Assembly (NCBI RefSeq): GCF_009914755.1
Contig: NC_060934.1
From: the human T2T-CHM13v2.0 reference genome, Homo sapiens
Strand: one strand, 5' to 3'
Length of the DNA stretch: 64,000 bases
Shown here: positions 52,258 to 64,000 of the stretch, piece after piece
Layout of the letters: every line of letters starts with the position of its first letter
Position numbering within the stretch: the stretch's first letter is position 1
The notes under the pieces: model-generated
Told to the model about the DNA's origin: nothing
Seen by the model: the letters and a program-made list of their open reading frames with translations, nothing else
The model's database searches: none
Position numbers and translations under genes: made by a program

Positions 52258-54077
52258 TTTTTATTTCAAATTCTACTTGTTCTTTGCTGGTAAACAGGAA
52301 ATTCGTTCAACTTTTGTATATTAAACTCAATTCTTTTGGATCTTCTACATAGGCAAACATGCCATCTATGAACAAAGTTTTATTTCTCTTCCCAATGAAT
52401 ATGTATTTATTTTTCTTGTCATAATTGCATTAGCTAGGACTTCTAGTACAATGTTGAAAAGAAGTGGTGAGAGGAGACATCCTTGTTTTTCCTGATCCCC
52501 TTTCCGGATCTTAGTGGGAAAAATTCTAGTTTCTCACAATTGGGTATGATGTTAACAATAGGTTTTTTGTCCATATTCTTTATCAAGTTGAGGAAGGTGA
52601 CCTCTGTTCCTAGTTTGCTGGGAGCTTTTATTATGAGTGTTAGATTTTGTCAAATTCTTTTCCTTTTTCTTAGCCTGTTAACGTGATGAATTACGTTAAT
52701 TGGTTTTCAAATGTTAAAGCAGCTTTGGATGCGTGAAACAAATTCCACTTGGTTTTGGTGCACAATTTTTTTTTTTTACACTGTTGGATTTAATTTGCTA
52801 ATATTTTGTTGAAGGTTATTGCATCTGTGTTCATGAGAGATGTTTTCTTGTAATATTTTGTTCCAGTTTTGGTATTAAAATGATGCTTAGAATGAGTTAA
52901 GAAGTATTCCTCAGCTTTTATGTTCTGAAAGAGATTGTAGAGAATTGGCATAATTTCTTTTAGATGTTTGGTAGAATTCACCAATGAACCCAACTGGGCC
53001 TGGCACTTCCTGTTTTGAAAGGTTATCAACTACTGATTCAATTTAACAGATACAGGCCTATACAGATTGTTTCCTCCTGTTCAAATTTTGGCAGATTCTG
53101 TCTTTAAAGAAATTGGTCCATTTCATCCACGTTATCAAATTTGTGGCCATAGAGTTTTTCATAATATTTATTATCCTTTTAATGTCCATGGGATCTGTAG
53201 TTATGTCCCTTATTTCATTTCTGATATTGGTAATTTATCTGCTGTATTTCTTTTTCTTGTTAAAGGCTTATAGATTTTCTCTCAAAGAACCAGCTGTTGG
53301 TTTCGTTGATTTTCTCTACTGATTTTCTGTTTTCAATGTGTTGATTTCTGCTCTTTCATTATTTGTCTCCTGCTTACTTAGAATTTAATTTGCTGTTCTT
53401 TTTCTAGTTTTCTAAGGTGGGAGCTTATTGATTTCAGATCTTTTTTAACATATGCATTTAAAGCTATAAATTTCCCTATAAACATTACTTTCATTGCATC
53501 TCACAAATTTTAAAAAGTTTTCATTTTCATTTACTTCAAAACTTTAAAGAAATCTTCAGATTTCTTCCTTGAGCAATGCATTATTTTTAAGTGTATTGTT
53601 TAATTCCTAATATTTTCCAGTCATCTATTATTTATTTCTACTTCATTGTGGTTGAGAACATACTCGTTTAATTCCTATTCTTTTAAATTTGTTAAGGTGT
53701 GTTTTATGGACCAAAACGTGGTATATCATGGTGAATGTTCAGCATTCTGTTGTTGGAGGAAATAGTCTATAAATGTCAATTATATACAGTTGACTGAGGA
53801 TGTTGTTGATTTCAATTTTGTCCTTACTGATTTTCTGGCTACTGAATTGGTCCATTTCTGATAAAGGGGTGTTAAAGTCTCCAACTATAATACTGGATTA
53901 TTTCTCCTTGAAGTTTATCAGTTTTTGCTTTGGCATTTTGATGCTTTCTTAGGCAAAAATACATTTAAGGATTGTTTTATCTTCTTGGAGAAAATAATCA
54001 TCTCTGGTAACTTCCCTTGATGTAAAGCCTGCTCTGTCAAATTAACATCACCACTTCCATTTTTTAAAATTAGTGTT

Positions 54078-54426
<349 letters not shown>

Positions 54427-54974
54427 CTATATATATTTCTTTATATCTAAAGTAGATTTCTTATATAGACAATATATAGTTGGGTGCATTTAGACTGACA
54501 TTGAAAGTGAGTAATGATATACAGTTGAATTAATATCTACCATATTTGTTACTATTTTCTATCTGTTGCCCTTTTGTCTTTTTTTTTCTTTCTTCTTGTG
54601 GTCTTAATTGAGCATTTTCTATTTTCTTTCCTTTCTTATCATATCAGTTACTTTTTTTTAAGTGGCTGCCTTGGGATTTGCAATATAAATTCACAAGTAA
54701 CCCAAGCCCACTTTCAAATGACACTATACTGCTTTCTGGATAATGCAAGCACACTATAAAAACAAAATAATCCTAAATCCTAATTGCTCTCTCCCATCCC
54801 TTGTATCACTGCTGTCATTCATTTCACTTACATTTAACTGTGTGTATATGGTATATACATAAGCATATAATCAAATACACTGTCGCTATTATGAATGAAC
54901 TGTTACATTAAATCTATTAAGAAAAATAAAAGTTTTTCTCCTACCTTCACTGTTCCTTCTTTGATGCTTTTTCT

Positions 54975-55252
54975 TAACAGTCAAGGTCTTGCTCTGTTGC
55001 CCAGGGTGGAGTAGAGTGGCATCATTATAGCTCACCGCAGCCTTGAAAAGGATCCTGGGCTCAAGTGACCCTCCCATCTTGGCCTCTCAAAGTAGCTGGG
55101 ACTACAGGTGTCAGCCACCATGTTTGGCTTTTTTTAAGAGACAGAGTCTCACTACGTTGCCCAGGCTGGTCTCAAATAACCGGCCTCCAGCAATTCTCCC
55201 GCCTTGGCCTCCCAGAGTGTTAGGGTGACAGGTGTGAGCCCCTGTACACAGA
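54975..55252 (-). mobile_element. AluJ element
   Basis: ggtcttgctctgttgcccaggg...gtgagcccctgtacacag. Confidence 0.85.
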
Positions 55253-56659
55253 CTCTGCTCTTCCTTTCTTTATGCACAGCTGAGTTACTGACCTCTACTA
55301 TTTTCTCTAAAGAACTATGAACACTTTTTGCAAGGCAGGTCTACTGGCAACAAATTTCTCAATTTTTCTCTGAGAAAGTCTTTACTTTTCCTTCACTTTT
55401 TGAAAGATAATTTCACAGGGTATAGACTTCTAGGTTAATGGAATTTTTTTCCTCTCAATAGTTTAAATATTTCACTCTACTTCTTGCTTTCGTGGTTTTT
55501 GAGGGGAAGTTGAATAGAATTCTTATCTTTGATCCTCTATAGGGAAGGAGATTACTCTGGTTTCTTTGTTGGGGTTTTTAAAAAATCTTTGATTCGCCGT
55601 AGTTTGAAAATTATATGCCCAAGTATAGTTTATTTTTGTTTTTGTCGTTGTTGTTTTTACATTTATCCTGCTTCGTGTTTCTGGAGCTTCCTGAATCTAT
55701 GGTTTGGTGTCTGGCATTAATCTGAGGAAATTCAGCCATTAATGTTAAAAATACTTCTTCTGTTCCTCATTCTTCTCCTTGTATTACCGTTCCGCATAAT
55801 TTATGCTTTCTGTAGTCGTCCCATAGTGCTTGGATACTCTGTTCTTTTTTGCTTTTTAGTGTTCTCTTTGCTTTTCAGTTCTGGAGGTTGGAGTTGGATA
55901 TTTCCTTTTCCCCAGGCCGGAAGGCTTTGATAAAACCCCACCAGGTTAGTCTCTAGTTAACTAGCTTCTCTGGAAGGTAGACCTAGTTAAGAGTGCTCCT
56001 GCATATTTGAAAATGATTCCTATTCTCCGTCCCCTGTAGTAAGTATGAGGGGATTCTTCCCTGATATTTACTTCGAGAACCTGGTTGAGCTTCTGATGGT
56101 ACAACTCACAAAATCATGGCCCTGTATGCACAGGCCTCCTGGACGTTTTAACTCTCAGACTTGGCCACAACCTCACTACAGCAATTTGTCAATTCCAGTT
56201 CAGGTTTTCCAATCCCAGCGGGGGTTCCTTGGAGCTTTCTGCTCCAGTGTATGGTGATTCTCCACTTCACCTGTCCACCCTATCTGGGGACAGTGGCTTG
56301 CCTGTGACCTCATGTCTCTTGCAGGTTTAAGAAGAGCTGCTGAGTTTTCAGTTTGCTCAGCTTTTCACCTGTGAGGAGGCAGTGACAATTCTCAAGATTA
56401 TCACGTATGGAACCTGAAACTCCCCAACTCCATTGTAATAAAAAGTGTCTTCCCTTCCTCTGGCTCAAGTATTAAAATATTTTCTTTTCGTTCTTTGACA
56501 CATTTTAATTTGATTCCCGAAATATTTATAATTGTAGATTTAAAAACTCTGTCTTTTGCTGTATCAGACATCTAGACTGGCACCTTCCAACAGAATTATG
56601 AGAATCCTATATAGAACTTTAAACCTACTTTGTAGCCTCATATATATATATAAATATAT

Positions 56660-56850
56660 AAACAGGTACAATTAATTTTATTAATATACTTTTAACTCAA
56701 AATGCTCATACTATACTTTCAATAAGAAATACAAAGAAAATATTTTCTATTTTTTATATTAACTGGTGTCTTTCACACAGCGAATTCAGTTCAGACCGGG
56801 CGCACTTCATGTACTCAGCCACCACGTGTGGTGAGTGACAGAGATCATCT
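56660..56850. mobile_element. hAT-Charlie (MER3/MER33-like) fragment
   Basis: cacttcatgtactcagccaccacgtgtggtgagtg resembles the MER3/33 terminus. Confidence 0.5.
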
Positions 56851-57109
56851 TGCATGTGTGTCCACATTTTACTGCCTTTTTCTTGACCACAGATTCTACC
56901 TCCGGTTTCTCTGTGTATGCAGTGATTGTTTGCTTAATATTGCACATTGTGGGTAACGTGTTGAGCACGCTCAGGATCCCATAAGCTTCTTCGGAAGCTT
57001 TCCAGCTCTTGTTTTAGCAGGCAGCGCAGGCACTGCTGGGTCATCGTGACCATGGGCAGGCTTGGATTGATTTGCTGCTGGTGTGGATGGGTGGAGAGCT
57101 CCAGTCCTG

Positions 57110-58172
57110 CACCCACTCCGATCTCCGCCTCCTGGACTTGGCAGGGTGGCATGCTCCGCCCACACCAGAGCTCTCTCCGAGCTCCGCCTCCTGGACGTAG
57201 TAGGGTGGCCATGCTCCACCCACACCTGAGCTCTGAGCTCCACCTCCTAGACGTGGTAGGGTGATATGCTCCACCCACACCTGAGCTCTCTCTCAGCTCC
57301 ACCTCCTGGACGTGGTAGGGTGATATACTCTGCCCACACCTGAGCTCTCTCCAAGCTCCGCCTCCTGGACATGGTAGGGTGGCCATGCTCCACCCACACC
57401 TGAGATCTCTCTGAGCTCCGCTTCCTGGACATGGTAGGGTGATATGCTCCGCCCACACCTGAGCTCTCTCTGAGCTCCGCCTCCTGGACATGGTAGGGTG
57501 ATATGCTCCACCCACACCTGAGCTCTCTCTGAGCTCCACCTCCTGGACATGGTAGGGTGATATGCTCCGCCCACACCTGAGCTCTCTCTGAGCTCCGCCT
57601 CCTGGACGTGGTAGGGTGATATGCTCCACCCACACCTGAGCTCTCTCCGAGCTCCGCCTCCTGGATGTGGTAGGGTGGCCATGCTCCACCCACACCTGAG
57701 CTCTCTCCGAGCTCCGCCTCCTGGACATGGTAGGGTGATATGCTCCGCCCACACCTGAGCTCTCTCTGAGCTCCACCTCCTGGACATGGTAGGGTGATAT
57801 GCTCCGCCCACACCTGAGCTCTGAGCTCCGCCTCCTGGACATGGTAGGGTGATATGCTCCACCCACACCTGAGCTCTCTCCAAGCTCCACCTCCTGGATG
57901 TGGTAGGATGATATGCTCCACCCACACCTGAGGTCTCTCTGAGCTCCGCCTCCTGGACATGGTAGGGTGATATGCTCCACCCACACCTGAGCTCTGAGCT
58001 CCACCTCCTGGACATGGTAGGGTGGCCATGCTCCACCCACACCTGAGCTCTGAGCTCCGCCTCCTGAATGTGGTAGGGTGATATGCTCCGCCCACACCTG
58101 AGCTCTCTCTGATCTCCGCCTCCTGGACGTGGTAGGGTGGCCATGCTCCACTCACACCTGAGCTCTCTGAGC
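57110..58172. repeat. About 55-60-bp VNTR, about 18 copies (ctgagctccgcctcctggacatggtagggtgatatgctccacccacacctgagctctct)
   Basis: Directly visible. It explains the three long minus-strand ORFs. Confidence 0.96.
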
Positions 58173-59176
58173 CACGGTCTGCAGGTGTTCTCCAGGCAGA
58201 GGGCAAATGTACTGTCTGTGCGTCTCATTCATTCTCCTGCCCTCAAGTTCTGGCTGGCACAGCTGTAGTCACAGACTTAAAACAGCCATCTCATTCGTTT
58301 TGTGCAGTTTTACAGTTGTTTATGGCAGAGGTGTGATTTGGGTCCCTGTTATCTCATCATGGCTAGAAGCAGAAGTTTTGGCAAATTATTCTTGTATCTT
58401 TACATTTGAAAATTAAGGGAAAGTTTCACCCATGGAATATTAGCATTGTGACAATGCTAATGAGAGTTTCTCCAGAAACTATGATCCTGGTCAGCAGCCA
58501 GTCATTTCATAGAAGATAAACTTCAAGAATATTCTCTGAAGAGCAATGAAACTGAGATAAGATCTAACCACTGTTACCAACAACCAAGAAAAATAGGTAA
58601 GAAAATGCAGCTAAGATTTTGTTCAAGTAAGCAGGGTAATAAACATGCAGACTACTGCTAAGCACAAAATAGCTGGGAGTAAAAAATTTTTATGATATTG
58701 ATATTTATGATTGTACAAAACTACCCCATGTGATATCACAAGGACTCCTGATGAAAATTTACAGAAGGTTTTTTATGGTTTATATAAAAATGCTAGTCAA
58801 ATCCAAATATTTCACAAAAATAACATTTCAAATATTCTTTTGCATTTTGCAAAGACATCTGTACAATGAGGTTATTCATCACACATGACCCAGTAACATC
58901 TCTCAGTGGTTGGATTCAATATGAGAAATAAGCAAGCAAATAACCACACTGCTTCTTCCATTTCAAACTCATCGTTTCTCTTATAAAAAGTGGTCAAGAA
59001 AAATGTGTGTTGCCTTAAATAACCGGTTAGTGCCAAGAATTCGGTTTAAAATATTTCAAGTGGGTTATCCTTTTAAGTCCATTTTGTTAGTTACACAAAG
59101 AACACATACAAATAACATTTTTTTACCATAAGTTTTGGCAAATTATAACCATAAACTAAACAAACAGGATTAAGCA

Positions 59177-59471
59177 TTTTTTTTTTTTGAGATAGGGTCT
59201 TCCTCTGTTGCCCAGGCTGCAGTGCAGTGGCATGACCATGGCTCACTGCAGCCTCAGCCTCCTTGGGCCCAAGTGATCCTCCCACCTCAGCCTCCCGAGC
59301 AGCTGGGACTATGCGCACACACCACCATGCCTGGCTGATTTCTGTATTTTTGGTGGAGACAGGGTTTTGGAATGTTGCCCAGGCTGGTCTCAAACTCCAG
59401 GACTCAAGCAATCTGCCTGCCTTGGCTTCCCAAAGTGCTGAGGCTGGAGGCATGAGCCACCATGCCTGGCC
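59177..59471 (-). mobile_element. AluJ element
   Basis: Antisense dimer following poly-T. Confidence 0.9.
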
Positions 59472-59507
59472 TAATCATTTTTAAAGAGTCTCTATTTATT
59501 ATCGTTA

Positions 59508-59826
<319 letters not shown>

Positions 59827-59900
59827 CCTAATTACGTGCTGTTGCTTAATATTAAAATAAAGAAAAGGAGGAGCCCAAGGGAGCACGTTGGCAGAAAGAG

Positions 59901-60063
59901 CTCCCTTGCCAACAACCTTGCTAGCACGGCGTTCACTCCCTTGCCCGCTAGCATTTGCTAGCACGGCGTTCACTCCCTTGCCAACAACCTTGCTAGCACG
60001 GCGTTCACTCCCTTGCCCACTGGCATTTGCTAGCACGGCGTTCACTCTCTTGCCCGCTGGCAC
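59901..60063. repeat. Short tandem array of alternating 35- and 37-bp units (72-bp dimer)
   Basis: tgctagcacggcgttcactcYcttgcc occurs four times with alternating spacers. Confidence 0.88.
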
Positions 60064-60111
60064 TGTGTTCTTTAGACGAAGATCACGCATGTGTAAATGA
60101 AAAACAACAAC

Positions 60112-60328
60112 AACATAGGAACACCCTGTCTCCACAAAAACTTAAAAATTAGCTGGGTGTGGTGGCATGCACCTGTGGTCCCAGGTGCTTGAGAGGCTGA
60201 AGTGGGAGGACCGCCTGAGCCCAGGTGGTCACGGCTGCAGTGAGCCAAGAGCTGCAATCATGACACTGAATTCTGACCGTGGCGATAGAGCAAGACCCTG
60301 TCTCAAAACAAACAAAAAACAACAAAAA
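60112..60328 (+). mobile_element. 5'-truncated AluJ
   Basis: accctgtctccacaaaaacttaaaaattagctgggtgtggtggcatgcacctgtggtcccag. Confidence 0.85.
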
Positions 60329-60916
60329 CCCCAAATTATGCACTCTTTAAGTTCTGTCCTATCAATCTCAGTACCTTCATTAGTAAAGGTATAAAGGTGA
60401 ATACTCAGGAGCTACTTGGAATAATGTGGGCATATGCTTGATCTCAGCTCTGATCTGATGCATGTCCTTCTGTCTCACTGCTTGCCAAGACCAAGCTAAA
60501 CTTCAAAAGTAAAAATACTCCCAAAAAATTGTACATTTTCAACTATTCATATTGTACCTTAAGTTTCTCTTGTAGTGGAGAAAAAAATGGTGTCAAAGTG
60601 GTGTGTAGCTTCAAAGTGGGATGTAAGGTGATTTAGGTCCTTTGAGAAGACAAGCTTGCAACTGTCACATGAATAATGTTGGAATCAAAATCACAGAAAC
60701 TAAACACCAAACAACGTAGGTTCAATCCATGTTTCTAACAAGTATCTGGATAACTACACTTTCTGCTTTACTTGGGTGGGAAGATCATGAGATGTAGTTT
60801 ATAATTATTTGGGCAGAGAAAATAGAGAATTTGGGTAGTTATGTAAAATTCAAGATTAAATAAAAGCAGTATTACATAACACAAATATAAATGGGCTATT
60901 ACCTTCAGTAATTCAG

Positions 60917-61115
60917 ATCGGGGTTGGCACATCTGTGCACCAAATCTGGTCCGCTGTTCTTATAAAGTTTTATTGGTACACAGCCATACCCACTTGCTAT
61001 CACCTATGGCTGCTTTCACACTCCAAGGGCAGAGTTGAGTGGTTGTGACAGACCTTATGGCCTGCAGGAACTAAAATACTATCTGGCAACTTGCAGGCAA
61101 AGTTTATGACCCGTG
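60917..61115. mobile_element. MER58A-like DNA transposon
   Basis: ggggttggca...ataaagttttattggtacacagccat...ggcagagttgagtggttgtgacagac...gacccgtg. Confidence 0.8.
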
Positions 61116-61551
61116 ATTTGGGTAACTGCCTAAATTGTCCAATTTGCTTGTTCTAAAACAATACAACAATATAGCACATTTATATGAAGATTTGAGAACA
61201 TGTATGCACCAGCCTAATCAGAAGAAAAGTCCAATTCCACCCAGAGGGGTACAAACTCTTCCCTTTCCCCTACAAAGAATTAAATGAATAAAATTGTTTG
61301 AGATTTTACTGGTATGTATCATATGTATGAGTCTTGATGAAAAGTTAAAAATGTGTTTTTATACAGATACATAATAATGTTACTTTTCCTTCCACGTTTA
61401 ACTCATACAACACTGTTTTTGGACTTCTGGTTCACAAAATCTGCATTACTGCTTCATTATTTTGAAAGCAAAAACCCCTGATTGCTGGGCTAGGTCAATT
61501 CTGAGGTGCCCGGCACATTCAGGAGGCCGTGTCGGGGAGCGTGTCCCTTAC

Positions 61552-61677
61552 CTGGAGGGGTGTAGGCGTCCATCGAGGTCTGCACGACCAGGGACCTGCG
61601 TTTGGAAGGCATAGGCACTGCCATCTTCCGCTCTTTGTGTTTGGCCAGAGCCGCCTGGACAGCTTCCGTGTGGACGT
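61552..61677 (-). CDS. DIP2C: DIP2C coding exon 4 (126 nt, phase 1-1): DVHTEAVQAALAKHKERKMAVPMPSKRRSLVVQTSMDAYTPP
   Basis: Acceptor CTCCGTTTCAG|AC, donor CCAG|GTAAGG. Translation matches the recalled DIP2C protein and joins in frame to the next exon. Exon number is from memory. Confidence 0.95.
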
Positions 61678-62110
61678 CTGAAACGGAGAGAGCTCAGTCA
61701 CTCAGTGCTCAGCTGAGGTCCCAGAGGCCAAGCTGCACCCTCCTCTCTGTCCCTGCAGCACAGTTCATCCACCTTCTGAAACTCACCAACAGATGGGTGG
61801 GCGAGGAAAGAAAATCAGTGTTTACAATTCCAGTAAAGACATTAAAATTCATTCACAGACTTTTAATCATTTATTTTATTACCACAGAATCCATATCCAT
61901 AAGCAAACACTGGCTGTAAACTGCACTGAGATTTGTCTTTTTAGGGTGAATGGACCTTGATCTTTGGAGATCTCTTTGTAGGTCACACGTTCGAGCCTCC
62001 AAATCCTTTCACTGTACTGCTGAGAGGCTGTGCATGCCTCGCACCCCAACTCACAGCCACGGTCACAGCTCAGCTGAGCACCAGCCACAGGCCAGGACTG
62101 TGTTGGCTAT

Positions 62111-62461
62111 TGACATGGGTTGGCTGTGTCCCCACCCAAATCTCAACTTGAATTATATCTCCCAGAATTCCCATGTGTTGTGGGAGGGACCCAGGAAGAG
62201 GTAATTGAATCATTGGGGCCCATCTTTCCCGTGCTATTATCGTGATAGTGAGTAAGTTTCATGAGATCTGATGGTTTATTAGAGGTTTCCGCTTTTGCTT
62301 CTACCTCGTTTTCTCTTGCTGCTGACATGTAAAAAGTGCCTTTTGCCTCCCACCATGATTCTGAGGCCTCCCCAGCCATGCGGAACTGCAAGGCCAATTA
62401 AACCTTTTTATTCCCAGTCTTGGGTATGTCTTTATCAGCAATGTGAAAATGGACTAATACA
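62111..62461 (+). mobile_element. THE1-family MaLR solo LTR
   Basis: tgacatgggttggctgtgtccccacccaaatctc...gtgaaaatggactaataca. Confidence 0.92.
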
Positions 62462-63179
62462 ACCATTAACACGCTTTGTGGCTATGAATCCATTACATTA
62501 ATTCCACACATTCACCAAGTGCCTCCTCTGTAAGTCCCTAAGGGCTGGGAACGCAGTGGTGATAAGGCAGACAGTGTCACAGCATCTCACGCAGGCCAAT
62601 TCCTAATGGACAAGACAGGTGACAGACGCTGTGGCAACTCCAAACTGTGAAGCCAGGGAAGAACCCTCTCAACACAAAATCAGAATAACAGGCTTCAAGA
62701 CAAGAATCTTCGAGACACAGGCAAAAACCCACTCAAAGGCCCTAAACTGTGAGTGAGAACGGTGTTAGCAGAATAAAATCACCACCAACCAAAATGGCCA
62801 GTGTGAGTGAAGACGGGTTGGGGGAAAGGGTCCCCAGGACGAGGCAGTCTTCTCTGAAGCTGTGAGAATGATCCCACTGAAAGGGAATCAGACATGTCTT
62901 TCCTGCTTAAACCCCGCGAGCTGCCACCTGAGACAGGACCCAGACCCGCCGCATCACGCCCACAATCAGCTCATCACACTGCTTGGTCTTGGTCAGCCTT
63001 TGTGCGTACTTCTCTCTCTAACTAGATAAAGAGCCTGGTTTTCTGGCCACTCTTTCTAATTCCCAGGTCAAAAATCAATATGTGACTGACTTGGGCTCAT
63101 GGCCAAAAACTGAAGGGCTCATCAGTGAGGTGACACAGTCCACTCACTTCCCACAAATCACTTTTTGTTTTGCATATTC

Positions 63180-63990
63180 TCCATTTTAAACTTTTTGGAT
63201 ATAATTTCAGATACACAGAAAATCTGCAAGACCAGTGTAGAGAATTCCCATATAACTTTTACCAGGCTCACCAACTGCTCCTATCTTACACCACTGCTCT
63301 CCCCGCTCCCCCATGAATTTTCTAAGTCAAATGAAAATAAATTTCAGATACTATATTCCTCTATACCTAAATGTTTCAATGTATTTCCTAAACACAAGAA
63401 TATTCTCTCACATACATTTTCCTCAAGATCAGGAAATTTAGCTGTCATATACAAAGTTCACATTCAAATGGTGTCAACTGTCTCCATAATTTTCTTACTT
63501 TGTCTTCCTATTTTATGATCCAATCCAGGATCATGAATTGCATTTATTTGTCAAGTGATTTTTACCCTTCGTGAATCCAAGTTTCTCAGCTTTTTTGTTT
63601 CTTGAAATTGGAAATTTTCAAGAATACAGGTTAGTTATTTTACAGCTTGTCCTTTATTTTGGTATCTTCCGGACTAGACTCAAGAGTATGCATTTTAGCA
63701 GGGATACCGCAGAAGTCTGTCCTGTGTGGCAATGTTAATGTCGGCAACTCAGTGAAGGTGGTGCTTAAGTTCCTCCAAAGCAAAGATGCTACTACTCACA
63801 TTGCAATTAAGATTTGGGAGGAGAGACTGTGACACTATGTACATATTCTGTTTTTCATCGATCCTTCACTACTAGTTTTAGCATCCACTGATGATTTCCT
63901 GCCATTCCTTCTAAATCATTAGATCTTCTACATTCACTTAAAAATATTTACTCATTTTATCTTTCATCACTCATTTACTTCTGTCAATAT
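63180..63990 (-). mobile_element. L1MC-type 3' fragment
   Basis: ttttggatataatttcagatacacagaaa, caagaatattctctcacat, gatccaatccaggatcat. Confidence 0.65.
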
Positions 63991-64000
63991 GAACTCATGG

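Noticed and set aside
59901-60063. Constant 27-nt repeat with short variable spacers
   Set aside because: Spacers are only 8-10 nt and alternate, so this is a duplicated dimer rather than a spacer array.
62366-62380. PRDM9 motif position in the THE1 LTR
   Set aside because: It reads CCTCCCCAGCCAT, mismatching CCTCCCTAGCCAC at two defined positions, so it is the non-hotspot form.

Overview
Human genomic DNA with Alu, L1, MIR, LTR and DNA-transposon remnants, lying inside the DIP2C gene (disco-interacting protein 2 homolog C; recalled location subtelomeric 10p15.3), transcribed on the minus strand. I traced 14 consecutive coding exons by hand (exons 4-17 in the numbering I recall). All have GT-AG boundaries and consistent phases, and they read DVHTEAVQAALAKHKERK...ALTVAIRR: the Ser-rich N-terminal region and the first part of the first AMP-binding/fatty-acyl-AMP-ligase-like domain. 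The introns hold more than a dozen tandem arrays and a 7SL pseudogene. Nearly all long ORFs in the track are repeat read-throughs. I see no convincing new standalone gene or system. The best leads are: (i) a 38-bp VNTR with about 32 perfect PRDM9 hotspot motifs (CCTCCCTnnCCAC); (ii) a 96-bp triplication that copies the exon 8 donor with TAC changed to TAA, giving candidate poison donors; (iii) a candidate 7-nt microexon and nearby cryptic acceptors in intron 5; (iv) several minisatellites amplified from internal pieces of old L1 elements, some with GC enrichment; (v) an 81-bp VNTR with a 704-codon antisense open frame. Repeat subfamily calls and boundaries are by eye and approximate.
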